From Gammaproteobacteria bacterium (GTDB lineage Bacteria; Pseudomonadota; Gammaproteobacteria; Eutrophobiales; Eutrophobiaceae): a DNA stretch of 64,000 nt. Location: assembly GCA_963422205.2 (NCBI GenBank), contig CAXMWX010000001.1, positions 448,001-512,000 on the forward strand. The letters are read 5' to 3'. The notes beneath the pieces were generated by a model, which saw only the letters and a program-made list of their open reading frames with translations, was not told the DNA's origin and ran no database searches. The stretch's first letter is position 1; each line of letters starts with the position of its first letter. The position numbers and the translations under genes are program-made. Of the stretch, positions 11,295-21,478 are shown one piece after another.

Positions 11295-11555
11295 ATGAAC
11301 ACGGTGGCTTTTGATACGCATCACTTTGTCAAGCGGCTGACCGAGGCCGGGATGCCGGAGCAACAGGCCGAAGTGCTGGCCGAGGAACAGACGCACCTGA
11401 TCGAAAGCCACCTGGCCACCAAGCAGGACATCAAAGAACTTGAAGCGCGACTCCGGCAAGATATTGCCGAGTGCAAGACGGATATTGTCAAATGGATGTT
11501 TGCCGCGCTGATAGGCCAGGGCGGCCTTATCGTTGCCCTGATCAAGCTGCTCTAG
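11295..11555 (+). CDS. DUF1640/CCDC90-family membrane-anchored coiled-coil protein, short stalk
   Basis: FDTHHFVKRLTEAGM head, LATKQDI neck, KWMFAAL.. C-terminal TM. Confidence 0.88.
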   Translation: MNTVAFDTHHFVKRLTEAGMPEQQAEVLAEEQTHLIESHLATKQDIKELEARLRQDIAECKTDIVKWMFAALIGQGGLIVALIKLL

Positions 11556-11638
11556 GTCGGGCGCCTCTGTCACTGGCTAACGCCCTTTACCTTCCATCGC
11601 CGTTGACTTGTTTATCGTAAAAGTGCAGTCTTCACGTC

Positions 11639-11965
11639 ATGAACACGGTGGCTTTTGATACGCATCACTTCGTCAAGCGGCTGACCGAGGCCGGGATGCC
11701 GGAGCAACAGGCCGAAGTGCTAGCCGAGGAACAGACGCACCTGATCGAAAGCCACCTGGCCACCAAGCAGGATATCATTGAGGTGAAGCGCGAGATCAAG
11801 GCGCTGGAGACGCAGCTGACTACCAACATCAAGGCGCTGGAGACACGCCTAACCGCCGAGATCACCGCGCGGATTGCCGAGTGCAAGACGGATATTGTCA
11901 AATGGATGTTTGCCGCGCTGATAGGCCAGGGCGGCCTTATCGTTGCCCTGATCAAGCTGCTCTAG
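11639..11965 (+). CDS. DUF1640/CCDC90-family protein, long stalk
   Basis: Same head and anchor; 22 extra residues with 11-aa repeats (IKALETQLTTN/IKALETRLTAE). Confidence 0.88.
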   Translation: MNTVAFDTHHFVKRLTEAGMPEQQAEVLAEEQTHLIESHLATKQDIIEVKREIKALETQLTTNIKALETRLTAEITARIAECKTDIVKWMFAALIGQGGLIVALIKLL

Positions 11966-12378
11966 GTCGGGCGCCTCTGTCACTGGCTAACGCCCTGCAC
12001 CTTCAGTAACGCAATAACGCCCGTTGGCCCGCCATCCGTTTCAGGCGCAAGTGACATGCTGCACCATTTTTCGGGATTGCAGTATCCATGCTTTCCCTCA
12101 AGGGGCTGATCACGGGATTGGCCGCCATCGCCGGGCTTTACTGTGGCTTGGGCGGGCAGATGACGCTGACGTTTTTGTCGGATTTTAAGAAGAAGTACCC
12201 AACCAATCCGGTGGCCGCTGGTGAAACAGACAGAGAACAGCGACGGGTTCACGGCAGGCACCCCCATCCATGGATGTGGTTTTAACAGCAGAACACGCTA
12301 CAATAGGATTGAGATGTTGCCAGATACTGCCCGGCATGGGGTTATCCGGCTGATCCGACCTTAAACAGACGATGCGCT

Positions 12379-12849
12379 ATGGCGATTACATTCATCCTTA
12401 ACGGGCGAGAGACGGCAGTTGATGTCGAGCCGGAGATGCCCTTGTTATGGGTGTTGCGCGATGTGCTGAATCTGACCGGCACCAAGTTCGCCTGCGGTAT
12501 TGGTGCTTGCGGGGCCTGCACGGTGCAACTTAACGGCCAGGCAGCACGCAGTTGTGTCTTGCCGGTATCTGCCGTCACCGGGGCTGAGGTCACCACCATT
12601 GAAGGTCTGGCCGAGTATGATGGTTTGAACCCCCTGCAACTGGCCTGGATCGAACACCAGGTGCCGCAGTGTGGCTATTGCCAGTCCGGTCTGCTCATGG
12701 CGGTCAGTGCGCTGCTGAATAAAAACCCTGCTGCTGATACCGAGGAGTTGCGCCAGGCTGTGACGAATATCTGCCGCTGTGGCAGCTATGAGGCGGTGAA
12801 GCGGGCGGTGCAGTCCCTCACAGAGAAAGCGGAAGCGGCAGATGCCTAG
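12379..12849 (+). CDS. (2Fe-2S) small subunit, isoquinoline/aldehyde oxidoreductase (IorA-like)
   Basis: GTKFACGIGACGACTV, QCGYCQSG, NICRCG. Confidence 0.95.
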   Translation: MAITFILNGRETAVDVEPEMPLLWVLRDVLNLTGTKFACGIGACGACTVQLNGQAARSCVLPVSAVTGAEVTTIEGLAEYDGLNPLQLAWIEHQVPQCGYCQSGLLMAVSALLNKNPAADTEELRQAVTNICRCGSYEAVKRAVQSLTEKAEAADA

Positions 12850-15031
12850 ACTAAGTCGGCGCGGTTTTCTGATCAGCGGCGGTGTGGTGGGCGGTGCCAT
12901 GCTGCTGGGCTACCTGTTCATCCCCAGACGCCTGGCCTTGCATCCTGCCGCCAGCAACACGCAGACCTGGCTGACAAGCTGGGTCAGTGTCAATGCGGAT
13001 AATACGATTACGGTGTTAGTGCCACAGGCCGAGATGGGGCAGGGGGTGTTGACTACCTTGCCGATGATGCTGGCCGAGGAGATGGAGGCGGACTGGGACC
13101 TGGTCAGGATCGAGACCGCCCCGGCGTCTGGTTTTTATGTCACCGACAATATCGCCCAGGGATTTACTGTCGGCGAGGTGGCCATGCCAGCCGCCTTGCA
13201 GCGCTTGCTGGATTACGCCTTCTACCAGGCCGCCAATGTGATGGACTTGCAGATCACCGGCGGCAGTGCCAGCGTCAGGTTTACCGGCCAATGGGGTATG
13301 CGTCGGGCGGGGGCGGCTGCCAGGGCGATGCTGATTGAGGCGGCGGCCGAGCGCTGGGCGGTTGACCCGGCGGCATGTTATGCCAGATTGAGTGAGGTCA
13401 GACATGATGGCAGTGGTCGCCATGCGAGCTTTGGCGAGCTGGCAGAGGCGGCGGCGGCAATACCACCTCCCTTGCAGCCGGCGTTAAAACGGCCGGAAGA
13501 TTACACCCTCTGCGGACGCTCTGTTGCCAGGCGTGATGTGCCAGCGAAGGTCACGGGCGAGCAGCACTATGCCATGGATGTGCGGCTTGAGAATATGCAC
13601 TATGCGGCGGTCAGGCATGCGCCGGTGTTTGGCGGCGAGGTCGCCTCCTATGATGCGGAGGCAATCAAAAATGCTCCCGGTATCCGTGATGTGATTCAGA
13701 TCCCCGGCGCCATGGTGGTGACTGCCGATAACTATTGGCGTGCCAGCCAGGCCGTGAATGCCATGTCGATTGAGTTCAGCGATGGTGAACAGGCTGACTT
13801 TAGCACAGCCGCCCTGTTTGAGACCCTGGCCGAGAAGCTGACGGGCGGTGAGGTGGAGGCAGACCTTGAACAAGGCGATGCCAGCCAGCAACTGGCCCTG
13901 ACAGGGTCGCCGATAACGGCGGAATACCGGGTGCCGTTTCTTGCCCATGCCACCATGGAGCCGATGAACTGCACGGCACATTGGGAGGCCAGCAAACTGA
14001 CGCTGTGGGTGGGTACGCAGGATCCGTTAGGCACCCGTGCGCTGGCGGCAAAGGTGGCCGATGTGGCTATGGAGGCGGTGACCCTGAACCCCATGCAACT
14101 GGGCGGCGGCTTCGGTCGCCGAATATCGTTCACGGGCAATTTTGTTGAGGATGCCGTGCATGTGGCAAAACACGTGGATTATCCGGTGCAGGTGATCTGG
14201 TCACGTGAAGAGGATATGCAGCACGATTACTACCGGCCGGCGACCATCAGCCGCTTTGTGGCCGCCCTGAACGCCAAAGGGGCGCCCGAGGCATGGCGCA
14301 ATCACTACACCGACATCGGCGTCAACCAGGCACGGGCGGCGGCCTTCCCGCCATACCAGATAGCCCATCAGGAAATCGGCCGGGTGACCCATGAGACACC
14401 TGTGCCGGTCAGTTACTGGCGCAGCGTGGAGCATTCCTACCAGGGCTTCTTCATCGAGTCTTTTATCGATGAGCTAGCACACCATGCCGCCGTTGATCCG
14501 CTGGCCTATCGCCTGCGCCTGTTGGTTGAGAAGCCACGCTACCAGGCGGTCTTGCGCCTGGCCGCCGATAAGGCAGGCTGGGGCAAGCCCTTGCCGGAGC
14601 GCACGGCCTTAGGCGTGGCGATCGTGGAGAGTTTCGGTACGATTGTTGCCGAAATCGCACGGGTTAAGGTGAGCGATACAGTTGAGGTAGAGCAGATTGT
14701 GGCCGTGGCTGATCCGGGCGAGTTGATCAATCCGGCCACCGCCCGGGCGCAGATCGAGAGCGGCATCCTGTTCGGTTTGACGGCCGCCCTGTATGGCAGG
14801 ATAACCGTGGAGAAGGGCCGGGTGGTGCAGACCAACTTTCCGAATTACCCGATGATCAAGCTGGCCGATGCACCGGATATCGAGGTGTGTTTCATTGAGA
14901 GCAGGGCGGTGATCGGTGGCATGGGCGAAGTCGGCACCCCGCCTGTGGCAGCGGCGGTCACGAATGCGATCTTTGCCGCCACGGGCAAGCGCCTGCGGGA
15001 ATTGCCAATTAAGGATCAGTCCCTGTCCTGA
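12842..15031 (+). CDS. Molybdopterin large subunit, xanthine dehydrogenase family (IorB-like), Tat signal
   Basis: SRRGFL, EMGQG, TGGSASV, HATMEP, GGGFGRR, GMGEVGTPP. Confidence 0.93.
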   Translation: MPRLSRRGFLISGGVVGGAMLLGYLFIPRRLALHPAASNTQTWLTSWVSVNADNTITVLVPQAEMGQGVLTTLPMMLAEEMEADWDLVRIETAPASGFYVTDNIAQGFTVGEVAMPAALQRLLDYAFYQAANVMDLQITGGSASVRFTGQWGMRRAGAAARAMLIEAAAERWAVDPAACYARLSEVRHDGSGRHASFGELAEAAAAIPPPLQPALKRPEDYTLCGRSVARRDVPAKVTGEQHYAMDVRLENMHYAAVRHAPVFGGEVASYDAEAIKNAPGIRDVIQIPGAMVVTADNYWRASQAVNAMSIEFSDGEQADFSTAALFETLAEKLTGGEVEADLEQGDASQQLALTGSPITAEYRVPFLAHATMEPMNCTAHWEASKLTLWVGTQDPLGTRALAAKVADVAMEAVTLNPMQLGGGFGRRISFTGNFVEDAVHVAKHVDYPVQVIWSREEDMQHDYYRPATISRFVAALNAKGAPEAWRNHYTDIGVNQARAAAFPPYQIAHQEIGRVTHETPVPVSYWRSVEHSYQGFFIESFIDELAHHAAVDPLAYRLRLLVEKPRYQAVLRLAADKAGWGKPLPERTALGVAIVESFGTIVAEIARVKVSDTVEVEQIVAVADPGELINPATARAQIESGILFGLTAALYGRITVEKGRVVQTNFPNYPMIKLADAPDIEVCFIESRAVIGGMGEVGTPPVAAAVTNAIFAATGKRLRELPIKDQSLS

Positions 15032-15194
15032 CCGCTGCCATGCGACCGGGCGATGTTCAGGCACAGCACCTGTCATCGGCAGGTTGCACATGATGAGCGA
15101 CGGCGAATGGTATCCGGCCCTGGCCACAGGCAAGCCGTGTATTTTCCCCGGTATTTAGGTAGCATGCATTGTTTTGTAGACGTGAGGCATCACC

Positions 15195-16043
15195 ATGCAG
15201 ATGAGCAGCCGGGAATTTGCCGCCCGGGAGCGCAAGGCGGTCACCTTGCTGGGCATGTCTGGGGTGGGCAAAACCACGCTGGCACGGGTGATACGGCGGG
15301 ATAACTGGTTTCACTATTCAGGTGATTACCGCATCGGCACCCGTTATCTGGATGAGCCGATACTGGACAACATCAAGCAACACGCCATGCAGGTGGCGCT
15401 GCTGCAAGACCTGCTGCGCTCGGATTCGATTCATATTGCCAACAACCTGGACATCGACAACCTGACGCCGCTGTCGACTTTTCTGGGCAAGCTGGGCGAT
15501 CCTGAGATGGGCGGCCTGGCGCTGGATGAGTTTCGCCGCCGTCAACGGCTGCACCACCAGGCCGAGGCGGCCAGCATGCACGATGTGCCGGAGTTCATCA
15601 ACAAAGTCCATACCGTATACGGCTATGCCCATTTCGTCAATGATGCCGGCGGCAGTTTATGTGAAATGGATGACGATGTGTTTGCCGTGCTGGCTGAACA
15701 CACCCTCATTTTGTATATCAAGGCCAGCGCCCAAGATGAGCAGGCGTTGATCAGGCGTGCCGATCAAGCACCCAAGCCGTTATATTATCAGCCGGATTTT
15801 CTGGCCGCTCAACTGGTCGCATACATGCAGGAAAATTCACTGGGCTATGTTGCCGAGATCAACCCGGACGACTTTGTCCGCTGGATCTTTCCGTACCTGT
15901 TGCAGGTTCGTCTGCCACGCTATCAGGCGATAGCCCGCCGCTACGGCTACACCGTAACCAGCGATGAGGCAGCCGCTATTGTCGATGAGCAGAGTTTTAT
16001 CCAGCTCATCTGCCGTGCCATTGACAGACAGGCGAGCGCCTGA
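15195..16043 (+). CDS. P-loop ATPase/kinase-fold protein of unknown function
   Basis: Walker A GMSGVGKT; coupled to metA. Confidence 0.8.
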   Translation: MQMSSREFAARERKAVTLLGMSGVGKTTLARVIRRDNWFHYSGDYRIGTRYLDEPILDNIKQHAMQVALLQDLLRSDSIHIANNLDIDNLTPLSTFLGKLGDPEMGGLALDEFRRRQRLHHQAEAASMHDVPEFINKVHTVYGYAHFVNDAGGSLCEMDDDVFAVLAEHTLILYIKASAQDEQALIRRADQAPKPLYYQPDFLAAQLVAYMQENSLGYVAEINPDDFVRWIFPYLLQVRLPRYQAIARRYGYTVTSDEAAAIVDEQSFIQLICRAIDRQASA

Positions 16044-16044
16044 C

Positions 16045-17130
16045 GTGCCGCTGGTCGCCAACACGGATCTGCCCAGTTTCCAGCGTCTCATCGATGAGGG
16101 GGCGACCGTGCTGTCCAGTGTGGCGGCGCTCAAGCAGGATATACGGGAGCTGCACATCGGCCTGCTGAATATGATGCCAGATGCCGCGCTGGCGGCGACC
16201 GAGCGGCAGTTTTTCCGCTTGATCGGTGAGAGTAACCAGATTGCACAATTCTACCTGCATCCCTTCACGATTGATGAATTGCCGCGCAAGGCTGAGGGCA
16301 GGGCGCATGTCGAACACTACTACACGCCATTCTCGCAGATTAAGGCCGAGGGGCTGGATGCCTTGATCATCACCGGTGCGAATGTCATCGGCCGGGATTT
16401 GGAAGCCCAGGCGTTCTGGCGGCCCTTGATCGAGATCGTGGATTGGGCCTATGAAAATGTCACCTCCACGCTGTGTTCCTGTCTGGCTACCCATGCGGTG
16501 TTGCAATTTCGCTATGGGCAACGGCGGCAGCCGCTGAATAAAAAATGCTGGGGGGTGTATTCGCATCAGGTCATTGACCGGCAACATCCGCTAATCGCTG
16601 GTGTGAATACCCGGTTTGATGTGCCGCATTCACGCTTTAACGTGGTCACCAGGGCGCAGTTTCAGGCGGCCGGATTGCCGGTACTGGTGTTGAGTGATGC
16701 GGGCGATGTGCATCTGGCCGTGAGCGAGGATGGGATCAGGATCGTCTTTTTTCAGGGGCATCCTGAATATGACATCATCAGCTTGCTGAAGGAATACAAG
16801 CGTGAGGTAGGGCGCTATATCGCCAGCGAGACCGATGCCTGGCCGCCGTTTCCAGAGCATTATCTTGGCCTTCGCAGCAAGGCGATTTTAAATGAGTTTC
16901 GTGAGCGTGTCGATCAGGCCAAGATCGATCGGGCCGGGGCGGATAACCTGTCTCTGCCCGATTTTCCCGAACCACTCATCACCCCCCGGCTGCATAACAC
17001 TTGGCATGACAGCGCCGAGGCGGTGCTGAATAACTGGCTTGGCCGGGTTTATCAGCTAACCCACCTGGACCGCAGGATTCCCTTTCGGGATGAGATAGAT
17101 GCCAGCGACCCCCTGGGCTTAAAGTCTTAG
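16045..17130 (+). CDS. metA: Homoserine O-succinyl/acetyltransferase
   Basis: QDIRELHIGLLNMMP, LIITGA, PHSR, QGHPEY. Confidence 0.95.
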   Translation: MPLVANTDLPSFQRLIDEGATVLSSVAALKQDIRELHIGLLNMMPDAALAATERQFFRLIGESNQIAQFYLHPFTIDELPRKAEGRAHVEHYYTPFSQIKAEGLDALIITGANVIGRDLEAQAFWRPLIEIVDWAYENVTSTLCSCLATHAVLQFRYGQRRQPLNKKCWGVYSHQVIDRQHPLIAGVNTRFDVPHSRFNVVTRAQFQAAGLPVLVLSDAGDVHLAVSEDGIRIVFFQGHPEYDIISLLKEYKREVGRYIASETDAWPPFPEHYLGLRSKAILNEFRERVDQAKIDRAGADNLSLPDFPEPLITPRLHNTWHDSAEAVLNNWLGRVYQLTHLDRRIPFRDEIDASDPLGLKS

Positions 17131-17144
17131 GGACTTAAAAGCCC
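17115..17144. terminator. Imperfect hairpin between convergent genes
   Basis: GGGCTT-AAAGTC...GACTT-AAAAGCCC. Confidence 0.35.
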
Positions 17145-17162
17145 TGGCCTGGTGCTACCGGC

Positions 17163-17483
17163 TCATGTCTCTTCGGTCGTCTCCGCTGTGATTTTTTTGT
17201 CCGCTGGTGGCTGTGTTTCTGTGGGCCAGGGGCTGAAAGGAAACGGCCGGGTATCAGACTGGAAGGTGATGTAATGGATGATCTGATATATGTACAGGGC
17301 AAGAGCGGCGCTGAAATTGGCCAGGTGTGTATTCAGTTTGCCGCTGACGACCTTCGTGACAAACTGAAAGACCACCAGCAGAAATAATATCCCGAAGACA
17401 AAGTACAGGATGACACTGAAAACCACGATAAACAGGCCCCGCAACCAGACATCGGGATTTTTGGCGTTTGCTTTTATGTCCAT
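17163..17483 (-). CDS. DUF4389-type small membrane protein
   Basis: WLRGLFIVVF..QF..Y.TF..D.RPFPFSPWP. Confidence 0.85.
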   Translation of the reverse strand: MDIKANAKNPDVWLRGLFIVVFSVILYFVFGILFLLVVFQFVTKVVSGKLNTHLANFSAALALYIYQIIHYITFQSDTRPFPFSPWPTETQPPADKKITAETTEET

Positions 17484-17692
17484 TAAGCTAACTCGTGTTG
17501 GTTGATGAATGTCAATCTGCACATGGTAGCAGACTTTAAGGTGCGCTGACAGCAATTTCAGTCGGGCAGGTTAAGGATGGCAACAGGAATACGCCCGTCC
17601 TGCTTTCGCCTGAACACCCGCACTCATCACCGCCAGCGCGTTATAACTGGCGGGGTAGCCGTACCCCCGGCGGCCAGGCGATGTAAAAGGCT

Positions 17693-18253
17693 TTATGTCG
17701 GGATGATGAGCCGCTGCTCGGTAACGATCACCTCCATCAGCACATCATGCGCCTGCCGGGGTATGGCATCGTGCAGCAGGCACTCATAGCCCAGTGCGAT
17801 CCTTGTTACCCTGGGATGGGTGCTGAACCAGCGATCATAATAGCCTTTGCCATAGCCAAGGCGGCGGCCATCCGTGGAAAAACTCAGGCCGGGGGTGATG
17901 CTGATGTCAATCGTCCCCGGGTAGGCTGTGTTGCTCTGGGGTGTCAGGATCCCCAGCGGGCCTTTTTTCAGGGTATCCCAGCCCGTGAACCGGGTGGCTA
18001 TCATCTTGCCATCTGTGAGTCTCGGCACCAGCAGTGTTTTGTGTTCAGCGAGGCAATGCTCGATCAAGGCACGGGTGCTGATCTCCGCTGCCGTGGCTAA
18101 ATAAATAAACACCACGCTGGCGGCCCTGAACGCATCCAGGGTCTGTAGCCGTTGTGCGATCTGGCGATCGAATGCCGTTTTTTGCTGCACCGTAAGCTGG
18201 CGGCGGCGCCGTTTAAGCTGTACCCGCTGTTGCTGTTTTGCTGTCTGTTTCAT
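17693..18253 (-). CDS. ygfA: 5-formyltetrahydrofolate cyclo-ligase
   Basis: PGLSFSTDGRRLGYGKGYYDR, HDV..IVTE. Confidence 0.95.
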   Translation of the reverse strand: MKQTAKQQQRVQLKRRRRQLTVQQKTAFDRQIAQRLQTLDAFRAASVVFIYLATAAEISTRALIEHCLAEHKTLLVPRLTDGKMIATRFTGWDTLKKGPLGILTPQSNTAYPGTIDISITPGLSFSTDGRRLGYGKGYYDRWFSTHPRVTRIALGYECLLHDAIPRQAHDVLMEVIVTEQRLIIPT

Positions 18254-18506
18254 TGTCGCATCCGCATCAATCCCTGTACTTTGCTTCTTATCCTCATGCC
18301 TCGGTCAAGATAGCCCGGCGGGTCACTGGATAAAGTGACTCACAGCCCGATGTTATTGATGCGAATTGTTTGCCCATGTTCTCTTTAATTGGCTTTCTTT
18401 TTGTGCCGTTTTACGTACAATACCTTCACTTTTTCGAGCAGTTGCCCGAGGCAGTTAAGAAGCAGTCGCCGGGGCGGCGCAACAGTAATTTTTCAGGTAG
18501 CAATTT

Positions 18507-18794
18507 ATGGTCACCATCCGATTAGCACGCGCTGGCGCTAAAAAACGCCCTTTCTATCATATTGTCGTTGCGGATTCACGCAGCCCCCGTGATGGTCGCT
18601 ATATCGAGCGTCTGGGGTTTTATGATTCCGCGCCCGCCGGCCAGCATGATAACCAGAGTGAGGGCCTGCGGCTGAATGTTGAGCGGGTTGATTACTGGCT
18701 GTCTCAGGGGGCGGCGACCTCGGCCCGGGTAGCCAGGCTGATCAAGCATAACCGGCGGTTCTCGGTGCCAGAGGCCCCGGCGACTGCTGAGTAA
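18507..18794 (+). CDS. rpsP: 30S ribosomal protein S16
   Basis: [31 protein letters not shown]. Confidence 0.98.
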   Translation: MVTIRLARAGAKKRPFYHIVVADSRSPRDGRYIERLGFYDSAPAGQHDNQSEGLRLNVERVDYWLSQGAATSARVARLIKHNRRFSVPEAPATAE

Positions 18795-18795
18795 C

Positions 18796-19317
18796 ATGAT
18801 GCGGCCGGCTGCGCCCTGTCAGCCACAGGTTGTGCTCGGCAAGGTGATGGCCGCCTATGGCATCAAGGGCTGGTTAAAAGTCTACTCATACACCCGGCCG
18901 GCAGAGAATATAGTCAGCTACAGTCCCTGGACTTTGAGGACACAGACCAGGACCCTGCCGGTGGCGGTTTTGGAAGGCAGGATGCAGGGCAAGGGCGTGA
19001 TTGTCAGGCTGGACGGGATCACGGATCGGGAGGCGGCAAGTAATTTGCGGGGGGCAGAGATCCGTATTGTCGGCGAGCAGTTGCCTGCATTGCCAACGGG
19101 ACAATTTTACTGGCATGAGTTGCTGATGCTCGATGTGATTAATCTTGCGGGCGAGAGACTGGGCAGGATCACCGGGATTAAAGAGACGGCCGCCAATGAT
19201 GTGCTGGTCGTTGAAGGCCAGCGGCGCTGCCTCATCCCCTGGGTGTATGCACACTATATCAAGGCGGTGGATCTGGCGGCAGGTGAGTTACGGGTTGACT
19301 GGCCGGCGGCGGAGTGA
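18796..19317 (+). CDS. rimM: Ribosome maturation factor RimM
   Basis: [28 protein letters not shown]. Confidence 0.96.
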   Translation: MMRPAAPCQPQVVLGKVMAAYGIKGWLKVYSYTRPAENIVSYSPWTLRTQTRTLPVAVLEGRMQGKGVIVRLDGITDREAASNLRGAEIRIVGEQLPALPTGQFYWHELLMLDVINLAGERLGRITGIKETAANDVLVVEGQRRCLIPWVYAHYIKAVDLAAGELRVDWPAAE

Positions 19318-20153
19318 TGTTGCAAATTGCGCTGGTGAGTCTGTTTCCTGAGATGCTGGCCGCAGTCACCGACTATGGCATGACAAGGCGGGCGGTGCAG
19401 CAAGGCATCTTGCAAGTCTCTGGCTTTAATCCGCGTGATTATGTCGATGATGTGCATGGCAAAGTGGACGACCGGCCCTATGGCGGGGGTGCCGGGATGG
19501 TGATGCAGGTGCAGCCATTACAGGCGGCGATCACCGCTGCCAGGGCCGCCATCAGCGAGGCCAGGGTGGTGTATTTATCCCCGCAGGGCTGTCTGCTCAA
19601 GCAGAATCTGTGTACCGAGATAGCGGCTGCCCGGCAGAATCTGATATTGATAGCGGGGCGTTATGAAGGCATTGATGAGCGCTTGATCGGGCTTGAGGTG
19701 GATGCAGAATGGTCAATAGGCGACTATGTGCTTTCCGGCGGCGAATTGGCGGGCATGGTCGTGATAGATGCTGTTGCCCGCTGTTTGCCTGGTGTGCTGG
19801 GGCATGAGGCCTCTGCCGGGCAGGATTCTTTTGCCGATGGGCTGCTGGATCACCCGCATTATACCCGACCGGAATCGGTGGCAGGTGTGGCTGTTCCCTC
19901 GGTGTTGATGGGCGGCAACCATGAGGCCATCCGCCGCTGGCGCCTGAAGCAGGCCCTGGGGCGCACCTGGCAACGGCGGCCCGAGTTGTTACAGGCGAGA
20001 CCGCTGGATGCTGAACAACGGCAGCTGTTGCAGGAATATCAAGATGAGCAGGGGAGAGGAGAAATGAGCCCGGGAAACATGAGCATGAATCAGATGGCTG
20101 ATGTCAGGACATGCTCCCAGGGTGTGAAATTATTCAGTCATATAAGAGAGTGA
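19317..20153 (+). CDS. trmD: tRNA (guanine-N1) methyltransferase
   Basis: [32 protein letters not shown]. Confidence 0.98.
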   Translation: MLQIALVSLFPEMLAAVTDYGMTRRAVQQGILQVSGFNPRDYVDDVHGKVDDRPYGGGAGMVMQVQPLQAAITAARAAISEARVVYLSPQGCLLKQNLCTEIAAARQNLILIAGRYEGIDERLIGLEVDAEWSIGDYVLSGGELAGMVVIDAVARCLPGVLGHEASAGQDSFADGLLDHPHYTRPESVAGVAVPSVLMGGNHEAIRRWRLKQALGRTWQRRPELLQARPLDAEQRQLLQEYQDEQGRGEMSPGNMSMNQMADVRTCSQGVKLFSHIRE

Positions 20154-20167
20154 TGGAGTCTGGCGTG

Positions 20168-20515
20168 ATGAATACGATAGCAGAATTGGAGCAAGAGCAA
20201 CTCAACGGCGACATACCGGCATTTGCCAGCGGTGATACCATCATCGTGCAGGTGAAGGTCAAAGAGGGGCAGCGAGAGCGCTTGCAGGCGTTCGAAGGTG
20301 TGGTGATCGCCAGGAAGAATCGCGGCCTTAATTCATCCTTCACCGTACGCAAGATATCCTATGGCGAAGGCGTGGAAAGGGTGTTTCAGACCCATAGCCC
20401 GGCGATAGCCTCAATTCAAGTGAAGCGCCGTGGTGCTGTACGTCGTGCCAAGCTGTACTATATGCGTGACCGCCGGGGCAAGGCCGCCCGTATCAAGGAA
20501 AAAATCAAATCCTGA
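20168..20515 (+). CDS. rplS: 50S ribosomal protein L19
   Basis: [22 protein letters not shown]. Confidence 0.98.
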   Translation: MNTIAELEQEQLNGDIPAFASGDTIIVQVKVKEGQRERLQAFEGVVIARKNRGLNSSFTVRKISYGEGVERVFQTHSPAIASIQVKRRGAVRRAKLYYMRDRRGKAARIKEKIKS

Positions 20516-20546
20516 TGCCGGTCTGCTGCCGGGGAACTCGCTGCTT

Positions 20547-21449
20547 GTGACTGACCAGGAACGCAAGCGGGTGAATCCGCTGATCGATCAGTTTCTTGAT
20601 GCCATCTGGATGGAGCGCGGATTAAGCGAAAATACACTTAGTGCCTACCGTCATGATCTCTCTGCTTTTGCGGCCTGGGCAGCACAGCGCGGTATAACGA
20701 TAGAACAGGCACGGGCCGGGGATGTACAGGCCTGGCTGGCCAGTCAGGCGGCACAATCCAGCCGTACCTCCGCCCGGCGCCTGTCCAGTTTGCGCGGCCT
20801 GTTTCACTACCTGGTGAGGGAGGAGAGGCTGGCGCACGACCCCACGGCACAGATTAGCGCACCCCGCATTGGTCGCCAGTTGCCCAAATCTCTGACCGAG
20901 GCAGAGGTGGACGCCTTGCTGGCGGCGCCTGATACAACCACGGCCACGGGCCTGCGCGACCGGGCCATGCTGGAAGTGCTGTATGCGACTGGCCTGCGGG
21001 TATCAGAGCTGGTGCGGTTGAGCGTGGTGCAGATCAACCTTCGGCAAGAGGTGGTGCGTATCATGGGCAAAGGTGGCAAGGAGCGCCTGGTGCCCCTGGG
21101 CGAGCAGGCGATTGACTGGTTACAGCGCTACATGACCACCGCCCGCCTGGAATTATTTCATGGCCCGCCTGATTTAGTTGTGTTTCCCAGCCGCCGCGGC
21201 ACCATGATGACGCGACAGACTTTTTGGTATGCCATAAAAAAATACGCCACTCTGGCCGGGATCAGCAAGCCCTTATCGCCCCATGTCCTGAGACATGCGT
21301 TTGCCACCCACCTGCTTAATCATGGGGCGGATTTGCGCGTGGTGCAGATGTTATTAGGGCATACAGATATCTCCACCACCCAGATCTATACGCATATCGC
21401 CAGACAGCGATTAAAGGATCTGCATGCAGCACACCATCCACGGGGTTGA
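20547..21449 (+). CDS. xerD: Tyrosine recombinase XerD
   Basis: YATGLRVSEL, GKGGKERLVP, HVLRHAFATHLL, TTQIYTH, HHPRG end; start approximate. Confidence 0.96.
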   Translation: MTDQERKRVNPLIDQFLDAIWMERGLSENTLSAYRHDLSAFAAWAAQRGITIEQARAGDVQAWLASQAAQSSRTSARRLSSLRGLFHYLVREERLAHDPTAQISAPRIGRQLPKSLTEAEVDALLAAPDTTTATGLRDRAMLEVLYATGLRVSELVRLSVVQINLRQEVVRIMGKGGKERLVPLGEQAIDWLQRYMTTARLELFHGPPDLVVFPSRRGTMMTRQTFWYAIKKYATLAGISKPLSPHVLRHAFATHLLNHGADLRVVQMLLGHTDISTTQIYTHIARQRLKDLHAAHHPRG

Positions 21450-21478
21450 CCCATAATCATGACAGATGAGGCGAACAG

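Larger units (their letters stand above)
11259..11996 (+). repeat. Tandem duplication of promoter-gene-downstream unit (11259-11586 and 11603-11996)
   Basis: Near-identical upstream 36 nt, gene 5' and 3' parts and ~30 nt after the stop; only the middle differs. Confidence 0.93.

Noticed and set aside
12088-12285. 65-aa ORF, possible gene remnant
   Set aside because: No recognisable motif or ribosome binding site
15040-15158. Possible MFS transporter C-terminal remnant (PVIGRLH..W.PAL)
   Set aside because: Too short to support without a search
20040-20153. TrmD C-terminal extension
   Set aside because: Probably simple stop-codon drift; no motif
20547-21449. Phage or island integrase
   Set aside because: Sequence and rplS/dsbC context identify chromosomal XerD
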